This document shows, piece after piece, positions 1 to 11,661 of a stretch of DNA of 64,000 nucleotides. Made by a program: the position numbers and the translations under genes. The notes below the pieces were generated by a model. The model did not search any database and was not told the origin of the DNA. It saw only the letters and a list, made by a program, of their open reading frames with translations. How positions within the stretch are numbered: position 1 is the first letter of the stretch; every line of letters starts with the position of its first letter. The stretch is from Candidatus Limnocylindria bacterium (GTDB lineage: Bacteria > Methylomirabilota > Methylomirabilia > Rokubacteriales > CSP1-6): NCBI GenBank assembly GCA_035524955.1, contig DATLFG010000105.1, positions 7,093 through 71,092 of the forward strand. The letters are read 5' to 3'.

Positions 1-2
1 TC

Positions 3-176
3 GAGCGATCCACGCTGCCCGGCCAGCCGGTGCGGCTGCCCGACGGCTCCGACGGCGTCGGGGTGGACGTCGGGGACGACGGCATTCTGGTGGCCCGCGC
101 GGGCGACGGGCGGCTGGTCCGTATCGTATCGGGTGGAACCGTCGAGGAGGGGATGACGCATGCTGCTCGTCATTGA
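3..176 (+). CDS. birA: biotin--[acetyl-CoA-carboxylase] ligase BirA, C-terminal fragment (5' end off-window)
   Basis: Frame 3 translates to ...DGSDGVGVDVGDDGILVARAGDGRLVRIVSGGTVEEG* with no stops. This matches the BirA C-terminal SH3-like domain pattern (DG.L.V..DG....I.SGE). It overlaps the coaX start by 17 nt, and birA-coaX adjacency is common. Confidence 0.4.
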   Translation, partial: ERSTLPGQPVRLPDGSDGVGVDVGDDGILVARAGDGRLVRIVSGGTVEEGMTHAARH

Positions 177-939
177 CGTCGGCAACACGAACACCTCGCT
201 GGGCATCTACGACGGCGCGCGCCTGCGCGCCTCCTGGCGGCTCACCACGCGGCGCGAGCAGACCGCGGACGAGTGGGGCGTGTTCATCCAGACGCTCCTC
301 GGCACGCGGGGGATCGCGCAGCAGGACATCACGGGTGTCGCGGTCTCCAACGTGGTGCCTCCCATCCAGCAGGCGCTCGAGTGGATGTGCGAGGGGTACT
401 TCGGCGTGAACCCGCTCACGGTGGAGCCGGGCGTCACCGCGGACCTGCCGCTGAACGTCGACACTCCACGCGAGGTCGGCGCCGATCGCGTCGTGAGCTG
501 CGTGGCCGCCATCGCGCTCTACGGGACCCCGCTGATCGTGGTGGACTTCGGCACCGCCACGCGGTTCGACTGCGTGAACCGCCGCGGCGAGTTCATCGGC
601 GGCGCGATCGCCCCCGGCATCAATACCGCGGCCGAGGCCCTCGTCTCGCGGGCGGCCCGGCTCTTCAGAGTGGAGCTGGTGCGGCCCAAGGAGGCCATCG
701 GCCGCAACACGATCACGAACATCCAGTCCGGGATGATATACGGATGGGCCGGGCTGGTGGACGGCATCGTGGACCGCATGCGCCGGGAGATGGAAGGCGA
801 CGTGAAGGTGGTCGGGACCGGGGGGCTGGTGGGGCAGATGCGCGAGGTCGTCCAGTGTCTGCAGTTCGTCAATCCCGAGCTGAAGCTGGAAGGTCTCCGG
901 TTGCTCTGGGAGCGAGCCAACCCCGTGGCCCCCGGTTGA
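160..939 (+). CDS. coaX: type III pantothenate kinase
   Basis: The N-terminus MLLVIDVGNTNT is the CoaX/Bvg-accessory-factor signature. Length is 259 aa, and a GGAGG RBS sits upstream. Confidence 0.9.
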   Translation: MLLVIDVGNTNTSLGIYDGARLRASWRLTTRREQTADEWGVFIQTLLGTRGIAQQDITGVAVSNVVPPIQQALEWMCEGYFGVNPLTVEPGVTADLPLNVDTPREVGADRVVSCVAAIALYGTPLIVVDFGTATRFDCVNRRGEFIGGAIAPGINTAAEALVSRAARLFRVELVRPKEAIGRNTITNIQSGMIYGWAGLVDGIVDRMRREMEGDVKVVGTGGLVGQMREVVQCLQFVNPELKLEGLRLLWERANPVAPG

Positions 940-1073
940 CACCCGGGGGCCGGCGCTCGTATACTTGCCCCCTAAATACAGTAGGTCGGGGCGGGCGGTT
1001 CTCTACATACAGGGTTCAGGCGGCCGGCAACCGGCCCCGGGCCCAGGCCGGGTGAGGCCAGGAGGCGGGGCGT

Positions 1074-2234
1074 ATGGGCATGTGGGTCGGGCGGGGCCGG
1101 AAGGCCCGGGCGGCGTACGGCTTCGATGACATCGCGCTGGTTCCCGGCGCCCTGACCATCAACCCCGGCGAGGTGGATATCTCCTGGGAGCTCTGTGGCC
1201 ATCGGTTTCCCATCCCCATCATCGCGGCGGCCATGGACGGGGTGGTGAGCCCCTCCTTCGCGATCGAGATGGGCCGGGTCGGGGGGCTCGCGGTCCTCAA
1301 CCTGGAAGGCATCTTCTCCCGCTACGAGAATCCCGACGCGGTCCTGGATCGCATCACGTCCGCCAGCCTGGAGGAAGCCACCAAGATCATCCAGGGCATC
1401 TACAGCGAGCCCATCAAGGAAGAGCTGATCCACAAGCGGATCAGCGAGATCAAGAAAGGCGGCGGCCCCGTCCTGGTCTCCTCGATCCCGCAGCGCGCCG
1501 AGCGCTTCGCGAAGATCGCGGAGGAAGCGGGCGCCGACTTCTTCGTGGTGCAGTCCACCGTGACCACCGCGCGGCACGTCGCGAGCGAGTACACCCCGGT
1601 CGACATCCGCCAGCTCAAGAAGCACCTCTCGATTCCCCTCATCATCGGCAACGTCGTCACCTACGAGGCCTGCCTCGAGCTGATGGGCTGCGGCGTGGAC
1701 GCGCTACTGATCGGAGTGGGCCCCGGCGCCGCGTGTACGAGCCGCGAGGTGCTGGGTCTGGGCGTCCCGCAGGTGACCGCCACCGCGGACTCGGCGGCCG
1801 CGCGTGACTTCTACTACAAGAAGACCGGTCGCTACGTGCCGATCATCACCGACGGCGGCATGACCACCGGCGGGGACATCTGCAAAGCGCTGGCCTCCGG
1901 CGCGGACGCGGTCATGATCGGCTCCGCCTTCGCGCGAGCGGAGGAAGCGCCGGGCCGCGGCTACCACTGGGGCATGGCTACGCCGCACTCGAACCTGCCG
2001 CGCGGCACGCGCATCCGGGTCGGCATCGCGGGGCCGCTCGAGCAGATCCTGTTTGGACCCGCCTTCACCGAGGACGGTACGCTCAACCTCGTGGGCGCCA
2101 TCCGCACCTGCATGGGGTCGGTGGGCGCCATGAACATCCGCGAGCTGCAGCAGACCGAGCTGATCATCGCGCCGTCGATCAAGACCGAGGGCAAGGTCTT
2201 CCAGCGCGCCCAGAAGCTGGGCACTCCACGCTGA
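1074..2234 (+). CDS. IMP dehydrogenase/GMP reductase family protein (CBS-less GuaB paralog)
   Basis: Contains the IMPDH TIM-barrel motifs GFDDIALVP and [11 protein letters not shown]; the flexible-flap region is present. At 386 aa it lacks CBS domains. It sits immediately upstream of guaA. Confidence 0.75.
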   Translation: MGMWVGRGRKARAAYGFDDIALVPGALTINPGEVDISWELCGHRFPIPIIAAAMDGVVSPSFAIEMGRVGGLAVLNLEGIFSRYENPDAVLDRITSASLEEATKIIQGIYSEPIKEELIHKRISEIKKGGGPVLVSSIPQRAERFAKIAEEAGADFFVVQSTVTTARHVASEYTPVDIRQLKKHLSIPLIIGNVVTYEACLELMGCGVDALLIGVGPGAACTSREVLGLGVPQVTATADSAAARDFYYKKTGRYVPIITDGGMTTGGDICKALASGADAVMIGSAFARAEEAPGRGYHWGMATPHSNLPRGTRIRVGIAGPLEQILFGPAFTEDGTLNLVGAIRTCMGSVGAMNIRELQQTELIIAPSIKTEGKVFQRAQKLGTPR

Positions 2235-2325
2235 CGCTCCGACGGTGAATGCGATCGGTCATGCGGGCGCCCCGATGAGCCCCGTCGGGCGAAGAGGCCA
2301 AACCGCCCCGCGGAGTCATTCGGCC

Positions 2326-3870
2326 ATGACCGCTAAAGTAGCCATCCTCGATTTCGGCGGTCAGTACACGCAGCTCATCGCCCGCCGCATCCGCGAGCTC
2401 GGGGTCTACTCCGAGATCCTGCCGTGCACCGATCCGGTGGACCACGTGCTGGCGGGGGGCTACACCGGCATCGTGCTCTCGGGCGGCCCGTCGAGCGTGT
2501 ACGAGGACGAGGCGCCGCTGCCCGACAAGCGCCTGCTCGAGTCCGGACTGCCGCTGCTCGGCATCTGCTACGGCATGCAGGCGATGGGCTTCCTCATGGG
2601 CGGCCACGTCGTGCCGGCCGAGCGCCGCGAGTACGGCAAGGCGCAGCTCCGGATCCTGCGCCGCGAGGGGCTGCTGCGCGGTGTGCAGCCGGAGGCCGAC
2701 GGCCTCGTGACCGTCTGGATGAGCCACGGGGACACCGTGCTGAAGCCGCCGCCGGGCTTCACGAACCTCGCCAGCACCGACAACTGTCCGGTCGCGGCCA
2801 TGGCCGATCCGGCCCGGAAGCTCTTCGCGGTCCAGTTCCACCCCGAGGTGGCCCACACCCCCCAGGGCAAGACCGTGCTCCGGAACTTCCTCGACGCGGC
2901 GGGCGCCACCGCCGACTGGTCCATGCCTTCGTTCGTGGATTCGGCGGTCAAGCGCATCCAGCGCCAGGTCGGCCCGGATCCTGTGCTCTGCGCGCTCTCG
3001 GGCGGTGTGGACTCCTCGGTGGTGGCCGCGCTGATCCACAAGGCGGTCGGCGACCAGCTGACGTGCCTCTTCGTGGACAACGGTCTGCTCCGGAAGGGGG
3101 AGGCCGAGGGCGTGGTACGGACGTTCCGAGATGCCTTCAAGGTGAACTTGATTCATGTGGACGCAACAAGGCGATTCATCGACAGTCTGAAAGGCGTCTC
3201 CGATCCCGAGATCAAGCGTAAGACGATCGGGGCGGAGTTCATCGGGGTGTTCGAGGACGAGGCCCGCAAGCTCGGGCACATCCCCTGGCTTGCCCAGGGC
3301 ACGCTCTACCCCGACGTGATCGAGTCGGTCTCGTTCAAGGGCCCGTCGGCGACCATCAAGACCCACCACAACGTCGGCGGCTTGCCGCCGAACATGCGCT
3401 TCAAGCTGGTGGAGCCGCTCCGCGAGCTGTTCAAGGATGAGGTGCGGGAGCTGGGCGCCCTGCTCGGCCTGCCGGGCGAGATCGTCTGGCGGCAGCCCTT
3501 CCCGGGGCCCGGGCTCGCCATCCGTGTGCTGGGCGAGGTGACGGAAGAGCGCCTGGCCCTGCTGCGCGAGGCCGACGCCATCATCCAGGACGAGGTGCGC
3601 CAGGCCGGGCTCGAGCGCGAGCTGTGGCAGGCCTTCGCGGTGCTCCTCCCGGTGCGGACGGTGGGCGTGATGGGCGACTTCCGTACCTATGCGCAGGTCA
3701 TCGCGCTCCGCGCGGTGATGAGCCAGGACGCCATGACCGCCGACTGGGCGCGGCTGCCCTATGACCTGCTCGGGAGGATCTCGACCCGCGTGATCAACGA
3801 GGTCAAGGGCGTCAACCGCGTCGTCTACGACATCTCCTCCAAGCCCCCGAGCACCATCGAGTGGGAATAG
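2326..3870 (+). CDS. guaA: GMP synthase (glutamine-hydrolysing)
   Basis: [33 protein letters not shown] is the class I GATase N-terminus. An ATP-pyrophosphatase SGGVDSS motif and the dimerisation C-terminus ending ...IEWE are present. The internal ATG at 2326 was preferred over the ORF-track start at 2245. Confidence 0.93.
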   Translation: MTAKVAILDFGGQYTQLIARRIRELGVYSEILPCTDPVDHVLAGGYTGIVLSGGPSSVYEDEAPLPDKRLLESGLPLLGICYGMQAMGFLMGGHVVPAERREYGKAQLRILRREGLLRGVQPEADGLVTVWMSHGDTVLKPPPGFTNLASTDNCPVAAMADPARKLFAVQFHPEVAHTPQGKTVLRNFLDAAGATADWSMPSFVDSAVKRIQRQVGPDPVLCALSGGVDSSVVAALIHKAVGDQLTCLFVDNGLLRKGEAEGVVRTFRDAFKVNLIHVDATRRFIDSLKGVSDPEIKRKTIGAEFIGVFEDEARKLGHIPWLAQGTLYPDVIESVSFKGPSATIKTHHNVGGLPPNMRFKLVEPLRELFKDEVRELGALLGLPGEIVWRQPFPGPGLAIRVLGEVTEERLALLREADAIIQDEVRQAGLERELWQAFAVLLPVRTVGVMGDFRTYAQVIALRAVMSQDAMTADWARLPYDLLGRISTRVINEVKGVNRVVYDISSKPPSTIEWE

Positions 3871-4011
3871 TCTTTCGGCGCGCCTGAATGTGGAAGACTT
3901 CAGTTTGGCGGTTGGGCTCCTTCGCGCAAGCGCTCATCCGAACTGCCTTGCGCGTGCCCTGACAAGACTTCGGCCTCGCGGCCCGGGGCTTCAGCCGATC
4001 GGAATGCACCC

Positions 4012-7000
4012 ATGAAACGCTCGGACTTCGTCCATCTGCACGTCCACTCCGAGTACAGCCTGCTGGACGGCGCGGCCCGTCTCGAGAAGCTGGTCGAGCG
4101 CGCCCGCGCGCTGAAGTTCCCGGCCTTGGCGCTCACCGACCACGGCAATCTCTTCGGGGCGGTGGATTTCTACATTGCCTGCGAGAGGGCGGGGGTGAAG
4201 CCGATCCTGGGCTGCGAGCTCTACGTGGCCCCGGGCAGCCGCTTCGAGCGTTCGAGCCAGGACGGCGGCTACGAGGGCGCGAGCCACTGCACGGTCCTCG
4301 CGCGCACCCGGGCCGGCTACGCCAACCTCATGAAGCTGGTCTCCAAGGCCTACCTCGAGGGCTACTACTACAAGCCGCGCGTGGACCGGGAGCTGCTCGC
4401 CCAGCACGCGGACGGGCTCCTCGTGCTCTCGGGCTGCCTCAATTCCGAGGTGAGCCGGCAGCTCTCGGCCGGGGAAGAGGCCAAGGCACTCCAGACGGCG
4501 GGGTGGTACCAAGAGGTGTTCGGCAAGGATTACTACTTCATGGAGGTGCAGTCGCACGGTCTCGAGCAGCAGGTGGCGGTGACCGAGGGCACGATCAGGA
4601 TCGCCCGCGCCATCGGGGCCCCGCTGTGCGGGACGAACGACTCGCACTACCTCGAGGCGGATCATTCGCGCGCCCACGAGGCGCTCCTCTGCATCCAGAC
4701 CGGCACCACCATGAACGATCCCAACCGCTGGAAGTTCTCGAGCAACGAGTTCTACGTCAAGTCGGCCGACGAGATGCGCGCGGTCTTCAAGGACCTGCCC
4801 GAGGCCTACCGCAACACCCTGGCGGTGGCCGAGCGGTGCAACGTGGATCTCCAGTTCGGCCAGTTCCACCTCCCCAGGTACCAGGTGCCGGACGGCTTCA
4901 CGCTCGACTCCTATCTCGAGGAGCGCGCCTTCGAGGGGCTCAAGTGGCGCTACGGGTCCTCCCCGGCCGACGCGGTGGTCGAGCGGCTCCGCTACGAGCT
5001 GGGCGTGGTCTCCAAGATGGGGTTCTCCGGCTACTTCCTGGTGGTCTGGGACTTCATCAGCTACGCGCGCCGCCAGGGCATCGCGGTGGGGCCGGGGCGC
5101 GGCTCCTCGGCCGGCTCGCTGGTGGCCTACTGCCTCGGCATCACCAACGTGGACCCGATCCGCTACGGGCTCATCTTCGAGCGCTTCTTGAACCCCGAGC
5201 GGATCTCGATGCCGGACATGGACATCGACTTCGCGGACGATCGGCGCGACGAGGTCATCCGCTACGTGGTGGATCGCTACGGGGCGGACCGGGTCGCCCA
5301 CATCATCACGTTCGGGACCATGGGGGCCAAGGCGGTCATCCGCGATGTGGCCCGCGTCCTCGGCTTCTCCTACGGCGAGGCCGATCGCATCGCCAAGCTG
5401 GTGCCCGGCTTCCCGCTCAATATCTCGCTCGACGAGGCGCTCGAGAAGGCCCCGCCCCTGGCCGAGCAGGTCAAGCGGGACCAGCGGGTGGGGGAGATGT
5501 GGGAAGTGGCCCGCGCGCTCGAGGGCTGCACGCGGCACGCCTCCGTCCACGCCTCCGCGGTGGTCATCTCCGACGAGCCCCTGATGGAGCGGGTGCCGCT
5601 CTACAAGGATCCCAAGCGACCCGAGCTCATCACCGGCTACGCGATGGGGCCCATCGAGAAGCTCGGCCTGCTCAAGATGGACTTCCTCGGACTCAAGACC
5701 CTCACCGTGATCTCGGACGCCCTGCGCCTGCTCAAGGAGTCGCGCGGGATCGAGCTCGACGGCGACGCCCTGCCGCTCGACGACGCCCGGACCTACCAGC
5801 TCCTCACCGAGGCGCGCACCTTCGGCGTGTTCCAGCTGGAATCGGCGGGGATGCGCGACGCGCTCAAGCGCCTCAAGCCCCAGCGCATCGAGGACATCAT
5901 CGCGATGGTGGCGCTGTACCGCCCGGGCCCGATGGACCTCATCGAGGACTTCGTCAACCGCAAGCACGGCCGCGCCCCCATCGCCTACGAGCATCCCCTG
6001 ATGGAGCAGGTCCTCCAGGAGACCTACGGGATCATGGTCTACCAGGAGCAGGTGATGCGGCTGGCCGCGGACCTTGCCGGCTTCTCGCTCGGCGAGGCCG
6101 ACACGCTGCGCAAGGCGATGGGGAAGAAGGACCGCGAGCTGATGGCCACCCAGCGCGAGAAATTCATCGCGGGTTGCAAGGCCAACACGATCGATCCCCG
6201 GAAGGCCGAGCGCATCTGGGACCTGATCGAGAAGTTCGCGGGCTACGGCTTCAACAAGTGCTTGGCCCGCGACACCCGTGTCGAGATGGCCGATGGCAGT
6301 CAGAAGCTCATCACCGAGGTGCGGGCCGGCGATCTGGTGCTCACGAAGGACGGCCCCTACCGCGCGCGCGCGGTGCGCCCGAGCGGAGTGCGTCCCGTGG
6401 GTCGACTCCTCCTCGCCAATGGAATGTCGGTGCGTTGCACGCCCGACCATCCGATCTTCACGCAGCGCGGCTGGGTGAACGCGGAAGAGCTGAGCATCGA
6501 CGACTTCGTGGCGGTCACCCGGGAGCTTCCTTGCGGAGCGCAGACGGTCCCCGATCATCTGCCGGCTCTCCTCGGGCATGCACTGTCGGACGGCTCGCTC
6601 AACTATGAGGGGCATTTCTATCTGTACTCGACGTCGCAGGACGAGCTGGAGGACATGGCTGCGTCGCTCGCCCTCTTCGAGAACACGATCCCTCGTATCG
6701 AGCATCGCGCGGCGCCCAGGGCATCATCGGTCCGTCCGGTTCGCGCTGACCGCCGCCACCCCACGGGCGCGGTGCGATTCCTGTTCGAGGACTGCGGTCT
6801 GAAGGGGAAAGGGGCTCTCGACAAACGAGTGCCGTCGCTCGTGGAAGGCTGGGACCTTCGCGCCATCGCGATCCTCGTTGCCAAGCTCTTTCAAGGTGAC
6901 GGCTGCATGCATCGGAAGACGCGGTCGATCTTCTACTCGACCTCTTCGGGGGGTCTTGCCGAGGACGTCCGCCGCCTCCTGCTGAAACTGGGGCTCTCGT

Positions 7001-8772
7001 CGACGATTCACCGGAAGGAGTTCGCCTATCGCGGCGCGCGCCGACCGCGCTTCACCGTCAACCTTCTGGGCGGGCGAGTAGCCTATCGATGGTTCGACCA
7101 GCTCGTTGGGGCGCACCTTGTCGGCCGAAAGCGTGAGGGTCTTGGTGCGCTGGCGCGGGATTGCGCCGAGGCGCCGAAGCTCTTCGCCCCCGGCACGGTG
7201 GATGTCGTCCCGATGGTGCTGGCACTGGGCCCGATCCGGGAGGCCATCGCGAAGACGCATCCAAGCCTGCGGGCGGGCTGCGAGGTCCTCGGGATCTCGT
7301 ATCGGCTGCTGTTTGCGGACGGACGGAAGCGGGGCATCCGGCGCGACACCCTGAGACATCTCTCCGAAAAGCTCGATTCGCCGGCCCTCTACGCTCTTGC
7401 CGAATCCCCGATGGGATGGTCCCGCCCTCGCGGATTTACCGTCGATGGCGAGGAGCCGACTTACGATTTCGAGGTGCCCGGGGCCGCCAGCTTCATCGCC
7501 AACGGCATCGCGGTGCACAACTCCCACGCCGCGTGCTACGGCGTCGTGGCGTACCAGACCGCGTATCTGAAGGCAAACCATCCGACCGAGTTCATGGCCG
7601 CCCTGCTGACCTCGGAAATGGAGAAGACGGACAAGATCGTCCAGTACGTGGAAGAGACGCGCGCGATGGGCCTGCGCGTCGAGCCGCCCGACGTCAACGT
7701 CTCCCGGGCCGACTTCACGGTGGCGGGGGAGGCCATCCACTTCGGGCTGGCCGCGATCAAGAACGTGGGCGCCACCGCGATCGAGTCCATCGTGCGGATC
7801 CGCGAGGCGGCCGGCCGCTTCGCCACCCTCGAGGATTTCTGCGCCCGGGTCGACCTGCGCCTGGTGAACCGCAGGGTGATCGAGTCCCTGGTCAAGGCGG
7901 GCGCGTTCGACTCGCTGCAGAGCACGCGGGCCGGCCTCCTTGCCGCGCTGGACCAGGCGATGGACCGGGGCCAGCGGCAGCAGCGCGACCGCGAGGAAGG
8001 GCAGGTCTCGCTCTTCGACGCGCTGGGCGGCGGCGCCAAGCCGGCGGCCCCGCCCTCCGCGGCGGCCCGCGTGCCCGAGTGGCCGCAGGAGGAGATGCTG
8101 GCCTACGAGCGGGAGGTCCTGGGCTTCTACCTCTCCGGTCACCCGCTCGAGCAGTACCGCGAGGTCTCGCGCCGGATCGGCGCGCTCGGCGCCGCCGACC
8201 TCGCCGCGCGCTCGACGGGTGCACGCGTGCTCCTGCTGGGACAGGTGAGCGGCTTCAGCGAGAGCACGACCAAGAGCGGCAACCGCATGGCGTTCGCCAC
8301 GATCGAGCTGGTGGACGGCAGCGTTCCCCTGACGATCTTTCCCGAGCCCTACCGGAGCTGCGCGGGGGCGCTTCGGCACAAGGGGCCGGTCATCGTGCGC
8401 GGCCGCGCGGACGACAGCGACAAGGGCCGTGTCGTGCTCGCGGAGGAGATCAAGCCCCTGGAGGACGCGATGGGCAATCCGGCCCCAGCCGGCAACGGCA
8501 CCGGGAACGGGCCCGACGCCTCCGCGCACGCCTGCCGCATCCGGGTGAGCGCGGCGGCCGAGTCCCTCCCGGACCTGCTCGCCTCGGTGAAGGCGGCCTG
8601 CCGCCAGCACGAGGGCCGGACGCCGCTGTTCCTCCACGTGCTGCTGCCCGAGCAGGAGGTGGTGCTGCGGATCAAGGAGCTCGCGGTGGATCCGGCGTCC
8701 GACCTGGTGACCAAAGTAGAAGGCCTGCTCGGAGCGGGCAGTATACTCGTGGAGTATGCCGGACGAGCTTGA
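4012..8772 (+). CDS. dnaE: DNA polymerase III alpha subunit, interrupted in frame by a 421-aa intein (1586 aa precursor, about 1165 aa mature)
   Basis: A PHP-domain N-terminus ([14 protein letters not shown]) is followed by a polIIIc core. The conserved motif FAGYGFNK|SHAACYG is split by the insert; E. coli has [14 protein letters not shown] contiguous. Confidence 0.95.
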   Translation: MKRSDFVHLHVHSEYSLLDGAARLEKLVERARALKFPALALTDHGNLFGAVDFYIACERAGVKPILGCELYVAPGSRFERSSQDGGYEGASHCTVLARTRAGYANLMKLVSKAYLEGYYYKPRVDRELLAQHADGLLVLSGCLNSEVSRQLSAGEEAKALQTAGWYQEVFGKDYYFMEVQSHGLEQQVAVTEGTIRIARAIGAPLCGTNDSHYLEADHSRAHEALLCIQTGTTMNDPNRWKFSSNEFYVKSADEMRAVFKDLPEAYRNTLAVAERCNVDLQFGQFHLPRYQVPDGFTLDSYLEERAFEGLKWRYGSSPADAVVERLRYELGVVSKMGFSGYFLVVWDFISYARRQGIAVGPGRGSSAGSLVAYCLGITNVDPIRYGLIFERFLNPERISMPDMDIDFADDRRDEVIRYVVDRYGADRVAHIITFGTMGAKAVIRDVARVLGFSYGEADRIAKLVPGFPLNISLDEALEKAPPLAEQVKRDQRVGEMWEVARALEGCTRHASVHASAVVISDEPLMERVPLYKDPKRPELITGYAMGPIEKLGLLKMDFLGLKTLTVISDALRLLKESRGIELDGDALPLDDARTYQLLTEARTFGVFQLESAGMRDALKRLKPQRIEDIIAMVALYRPGPMDLIEDFVNRKHGRAPIAYEHPLMEQVLQETYGIMVYQEQVMRLAADLAGFSLGEADTLRKAMGKKDRELMATQREKFIAGCKANTIDPRKAERIWDLIEKFAGYGFNKCLARDTRVEMADGSQKLITEVRAGDLVLTKDGPYRARAVRPSGVRPVGRLLLANGMSVRCTPDHPIFTQRGWVNAEELSIDDFVAVTRELPCGAQTVPDHLPALLGHALSDGSLNYEGHFYLYSTSQDELEDMAASLALFENTIPRIEHRAAPRASSVRPVRADRRHPTGAVRFLFEDCGLKGKGALDKRVPSLVEGWDLRAIAILVAKLFQGDGCMHRKTRSIFYSTSSGGLAEDVRRLLLKLGLSSTIHRKEFAYRGARRPRFTVNLLGGRVAYRWFDQLVGAHLVGRKREGLGALARDCAEAPKLFAPGTVDVVPMVLALGPIREAIAKTHPSLRAGCEVLGISYRLLFADGRKRGIRRDTLRHLSEKLDSPALYALAESPMGWSRPRGFTVDGEEPTYDFEVPGAASFIANGIAVHNSHAACYGVVAYQTAYLKANHPTEFMAALLTSEMEKTDKIVQYVEETRAMGLRVEPPDVNVSRADFTVAGEAIHFGLAAIKNVGATAIESIVRIREAAGRFATLEDFCARVDLRLVNRRVIESLVKAGAFDSLQSTRAGLLAALDQAMDRGQRQQRDREEGQVSLFDALGGGAKPAAPPSAAARVPEWPQEEMLAYEREVLGFYLSGHPLEQYREVSRRIGALGAADLAARSTGARVLLLGQVSGFSESTTKSGNRMAFATIELVDGSVPLTIFPEPYRSCAGALRHKGPVIVRGRADDSDKGRVVLAEEIKPLEDAMGNPAPAGNGTGNGPDASAHACRIRVSAAAESLPDLLASVKAACRQHEGRTPLFLHVLLPEQEVVLRIKELAVDPASDLVTKVEGLLGAGSILVEYAGRA
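6259..7521 (+). other. intein (protein splicing element) with LAGLIDADG homing-endonuclease domain inside DnaE
   Basis: Block A is CLARDTRV, with Cys at position 1 encoded at 6259-6261. Block B is [11 protein letters not shown] (TxxH). Two LAGLIDADG-like motifs are [10 protein letters not shown] and KLFQGDGC. Blocks F/G are TYDFEV...[10 protein letters not shown], followed by the +1 Ser of the extein. The His-Asn is encoded at 7516-7521. The length, 1263 nt, is an exact multiple of 3. Confidence 0.85.
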
Positions 8773-9709
8773 GTTCGAGAAGCCGCTCCTCGAGCTCGAG
8801 AACCGCATCGCGGAGCTGCGCGCTTCGGAGGAGCCGCTCGAGGCGCGCGACGAGATCGCGAAGCTCGAGGAACGCCTCGCCCGCCAGCAGCAGCGCGTCT
8901 ACTCGAGCCTGACCGCCTGGCAGCGCGCCCAGATCGCCCGGCACCCCAAGCGCCCGCACACCCTCGACCTCGTCAACCTGCTGCTGGAGGACTGGGTCGA
9001 GCTGCACGGCGACCGGGTCTTCGGCGACGACAAGGCGATCGTGGGCGGCCTCGCGACCTTCGACGGCGAGCCGGTGGTGCTGATCGGCCACCAGAAGGGC
9101 CGCGACACGCGCGAGAACATCGCGCGCAACTTCGGGATGCCGCACCCGGAGGGCTACCGCAAGGCCCTCCGGCTGATGCAGCTCGCGGCCAAGTTCGGCA
9201 AGCCCATCATCACGTTCATCGACACGCCCGGGGCCTATCCGGGGCTCGGCGCCGAGGAGCGCGGGCAGGCCGAGGCGATCGCGCGCAACCTGCGGGAGAT
9301 GGCGGGCCTGCCCACCCCGGTGATCTGCGTGGTGACCGGGGAGGGAGGGAGCGGCGGGGCCCTCGCCATCGGGGTCGGCAACCGGGTGCTGATGCTCGAG
9401 TACGCGATCTACTCGGTGATCTCGCCCGAGGGCTGCGCGGCCATCCTGTGGGGCGACGCGGCCAAGGCCCCGGAGGCGGCCGAGCTGATGCGGGTGACCG
9501 CACCCGATCTCCTCAAGCTGGGCGTCATCGACGCCATCGTTCCCGAGCCAGTCGGGGGCGCCCACCGGAACTGGGAGGCCACCGCGGCCAGCCTGCGCGC
9601 GGCCCTCCGCGATCAGCTCTGGCAGCTCAAGTCCAAGGCGGAGGCCCAGCTGATCGAGGAGCGGCACGAGAAGTTCCGCCGCATCGGCGTCTTCGAGGAG
9701 ACCGTCTGA
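8756..9709 (+). CDS. accA: acetyl-CoA carboxylase carboxyltransferase alpha subunit
   Basis: The N-terminus [18 protein letters not shown] and the [15 protein letters not shown] oxyanion region are present; length is 317 aa. The start overlaps the dnaE stop by 17 nt. Confidence 0.9.
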   Translation: MPDELEFEKPLLELENRIAELRASEEPLEARDEIAKLEERLARQQQRVYSSLTAWQRAQIARHPKRPHTLDLVNLLLEDWVELHGDRVFGDDKAIVGGLATFDGEPVVLIGHQKGRDTRENIARNFGMPHPEGYRKALRLMQLAAKFGKPIITFIDTPGAYPGLGAEERGQAEAIARNLREMAGLPTPVICVVTGEGGSGGALAIGVGNRVLMLEYAIYSVISPEGCAAILWGDAAKAPEAAELMRVTAPDLLKLGVIDAIVPEPVGGAHRNWEATAASLRAALRDQLWQLKSKAEAQLIEERHEKFRRIGVFEETV

Positions 9710-9800
9710 CTCATCCCCCGGAGTTTGACATGCCCGGGGGTGGGTGTTACCGTAACTTCCGATCACTTATGCGGAATTTTCCTCCGCCGGCTTCGGCCTG

Positions 9801-11114
9801 ATGTCCAAGCTTCACCTGATCACCTACGGCTGTCAGATGAACGAGTACGACTCCGAGCGCGTGGCGGGTCTGCTCAAGCAGGAACGGTACGAGCTCACGG
9901 ATCGCCCGGAGGACGCCGACCTGATCCTGCTCAATACGTGTTCGATTCGAGAGAAGGCCGAAGACAAGGTCTTCTCGCAGCTCGGAGCCCTGCGGCACCT
10001 CAAGCGCGAGCGGCCGGATCTGGTCATCGGGGTCATGGGCTGCATGGCGCAACTGCAGAAGGGGCGGATCCAGGAACGTGCCCCCTATGTGGACCTGGTC
10101 TTCGGCTCGCCCGCGATCGCACAGGTCGCCGAACTGGTCGGCCGCGCGCGGCAGGGGCGGGGACCGGTGCTCGAGACCGGCGAAGGGGCGCTCGTGAAGA
10201 TCACCGCGCGACCCGAGGGCGGCCTCCGGTTGAAGGCCTTCGTCACCGTCATGGAGGGCTGCGAGAAGCACTGCACCTTCTGCGTCGTGCCGACCACGCG
10301 CGGCCGGGAGCGCAGCCATCCGCCCGAGGTCGTCGTGGACGAGATCCGTGGGCTCGCGGAGGCGGGGTGCCGGGAGGTCACGCTCCTCGGTCAGACCGTG
10401 AACGCCTACGGCCGCGACCTGAGCCCCCCGACGGATCTGGCGGCCCTGCTCGAGCGCGTGAACGACATCGACGGGATCGAGCGCATCCGCTTCACGACCT
10501 CGAACCCGTACAACCTCACGCCCCGGCTCATCCGCGCCATCCGCGACGTCCCCAAGGTCTGCGAGTACCTGCACCTGCCGCTGCAGTCGGGCTCGGACCG
10601 GGTGCTCGAGCGGATGAATCGCGGCTACACGCGTGCCCGCTACCTCGCGCTGATCGCGGAGCTCCGGAGCACGGTGCCGGACCTCGCGCTCTCCACCGAC
10701 CTCATCGTGGGGTTTCCCGGCGAGACCGAGGAGGACTTCGCGCGGACGGTGGAGATGGTCGAGGAAGTCGGCTACGACAACGTCTTCGCCTTCCGCTACT
10801 CGCGCCGGCCGGGCACACCCGCGGCGGAGATGGACGATCAGGTGCCGGAAGAGGTCAAGGCCGACCGGAACCGGCGCATCCTGGAGACGGCGGGCCGGGT
10901 GGGCGCGGCGCGCAGCCGGCGCCTCGAGGGCCGCACACTACCCGTCCTGGTCGACGGCGTCTCGCGCAAGAACGCGGGCGAGGCGGCCGGGCGCACCCGC
11001 TGCAATCGAGTGGTGAACTTCGATCCCGGAGGGCGCGACCTGCTGGGCCGCGTGGTGCCGGTGCGCGTGGTCCGCGCCCTGCCTCACAGCCTCCGCGGGG
11101 AGCTAGAGGCCTAG
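9801..11114 (+). CDS. miaB: tRNA (i6A37) methylthiotransferase MiaB
   Basis: The N-terminal UPF0004 motif is YGCQMNEYDSERVAGLL (MiaB-type rather than RimO-type). A radical-SAM CxxxCxxC is at EGCEKHCTFCVVP, and a C-terminal TRAM domain is present. Confidence 0.85.
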   Translation: MSKLHLITYGCQMNEYDSERVAGLLKQERYELTDRPEDADLILLNTCSIREKAEDKVFSQLGALRHLKRERPDLVIGVMGCMAQLQKGRIQERAPYVDLVFGSPAIAQVAELVGRARQGRGPVLETGEGALVKITARPEGGLRLKAFVTVMEGCEKHCTFCVVPTTRGRERSHPPEVVVDEIRGLAEAGCREVTLLGQTVNAYGRDLSPPTDLAALLERVNDIDGIERIRFTTSNPYNLTPRLIRAIRDVPKVCEYLHLPLQSGSDRVLERMNRGYTRARYLALIAELRSTVPDLALSTDLIVGFPGETEEDFARTVEMVEEVGYDNVFAFRYSRRPGTPAAEMDDQVPEEVKADRNRRILETAGRVGAARSRRLEGRTLPVLVDGVSRKNAGEAAGRTRCNRVVNFDPGGRDLLGRVVPVRVVRALPHSLRGELEA

Positions 11115-11124
11115 GAGGCGCACC

Positions 11125-11658
11125 ATGTGGCTGGAGATGAAAGTGAAGGGGCTCGCGCTCGATCCGCTCTCCAACATGCCCATGATCATCCTCCGGGACG
11201 ACGAGGAGAAGCGCTCCCTGCCCATCTGGGTGGGCCTCTTCGAGGCCAACGCGATCGCGCTGGAGCTCGAGAAGATCTCCACGCCCCGGCCCATGACCCA
11301 CGATCTCATCAAGAACATCCTGGAGTCGCTCGACACCCGGGTGCAGAAGATCGTGGTCAACGATCTCCGCGACAACACCTTCTACGCGGTCATCCATCTC
11401 CGCCTGGGTACCGCCGACATCACGGTGGACTCGCGACCGTCGGACGCCATCGCCCTGGCCCTGCGGGTGGGGGCGCCGATCTTCGTCGAGGAGGACGTCG
11501 TCCAGAAGGCCCGCTCCGTGGAGGTCGCCAAGGAGACCGAGATCGGAACCGGCAAGGGCGATGACCAGGCCAAGATCAAGGAGTGGCTCGAGTCGCTGAA
11601 GCCGGGCGACTTCGACCGGATCGAGCGCGGCAAGGACCCGAAGAGCCCGGACGAGTAG
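11125..11658 (+). CDS. bifunctional nuclease (BFN/DUF151) family protein
   Basis: Carries the DUF151 hallmark LPIWVG...EANAIALELE...RPMTHDL with an acidic C-terminal tail. The start lies 10 nt after the miaB stop. Confidence 0.65.
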   Translation: MWLEMKVKGLALDPLSNMPMIILRDDEEKRSLPIWVGLFEANAIALELEKISTPRPMTHDLIKNILESLDTRVQKIVVNDLRDNTFYAVIHLRLGTADITVDSRPSDAIALALRVGAPIFVEEDVVQKARSVEVAKETEIGTGKGDDQAKIKEWLESLKPGDFDRIERGKDPKSPDE

Positions 11659-11661
11659 TGG

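Noticed and set aside
2179-3369. 396-aa minus-strand ORF opposite guaA, and the 265-aa + ORF at 2424..3221
   Set aside because: These are antisense or alternate frames of the confidently identified GMP synthase gene.
4503-6608. 701-aa + strand ORF in an alternate frame of dnaE
   Set aside because: The RGPA-rich composition is a frame-shifted translation of genuine dnaE codons.
3991-6705. 904-aa ORF on the minus strand
   Set aside because: It is antisense to dnaE throughout, Arg/Ala/Gly-rich with low complexity and no domain signal. This is a typical high-GC open-frame artifact.
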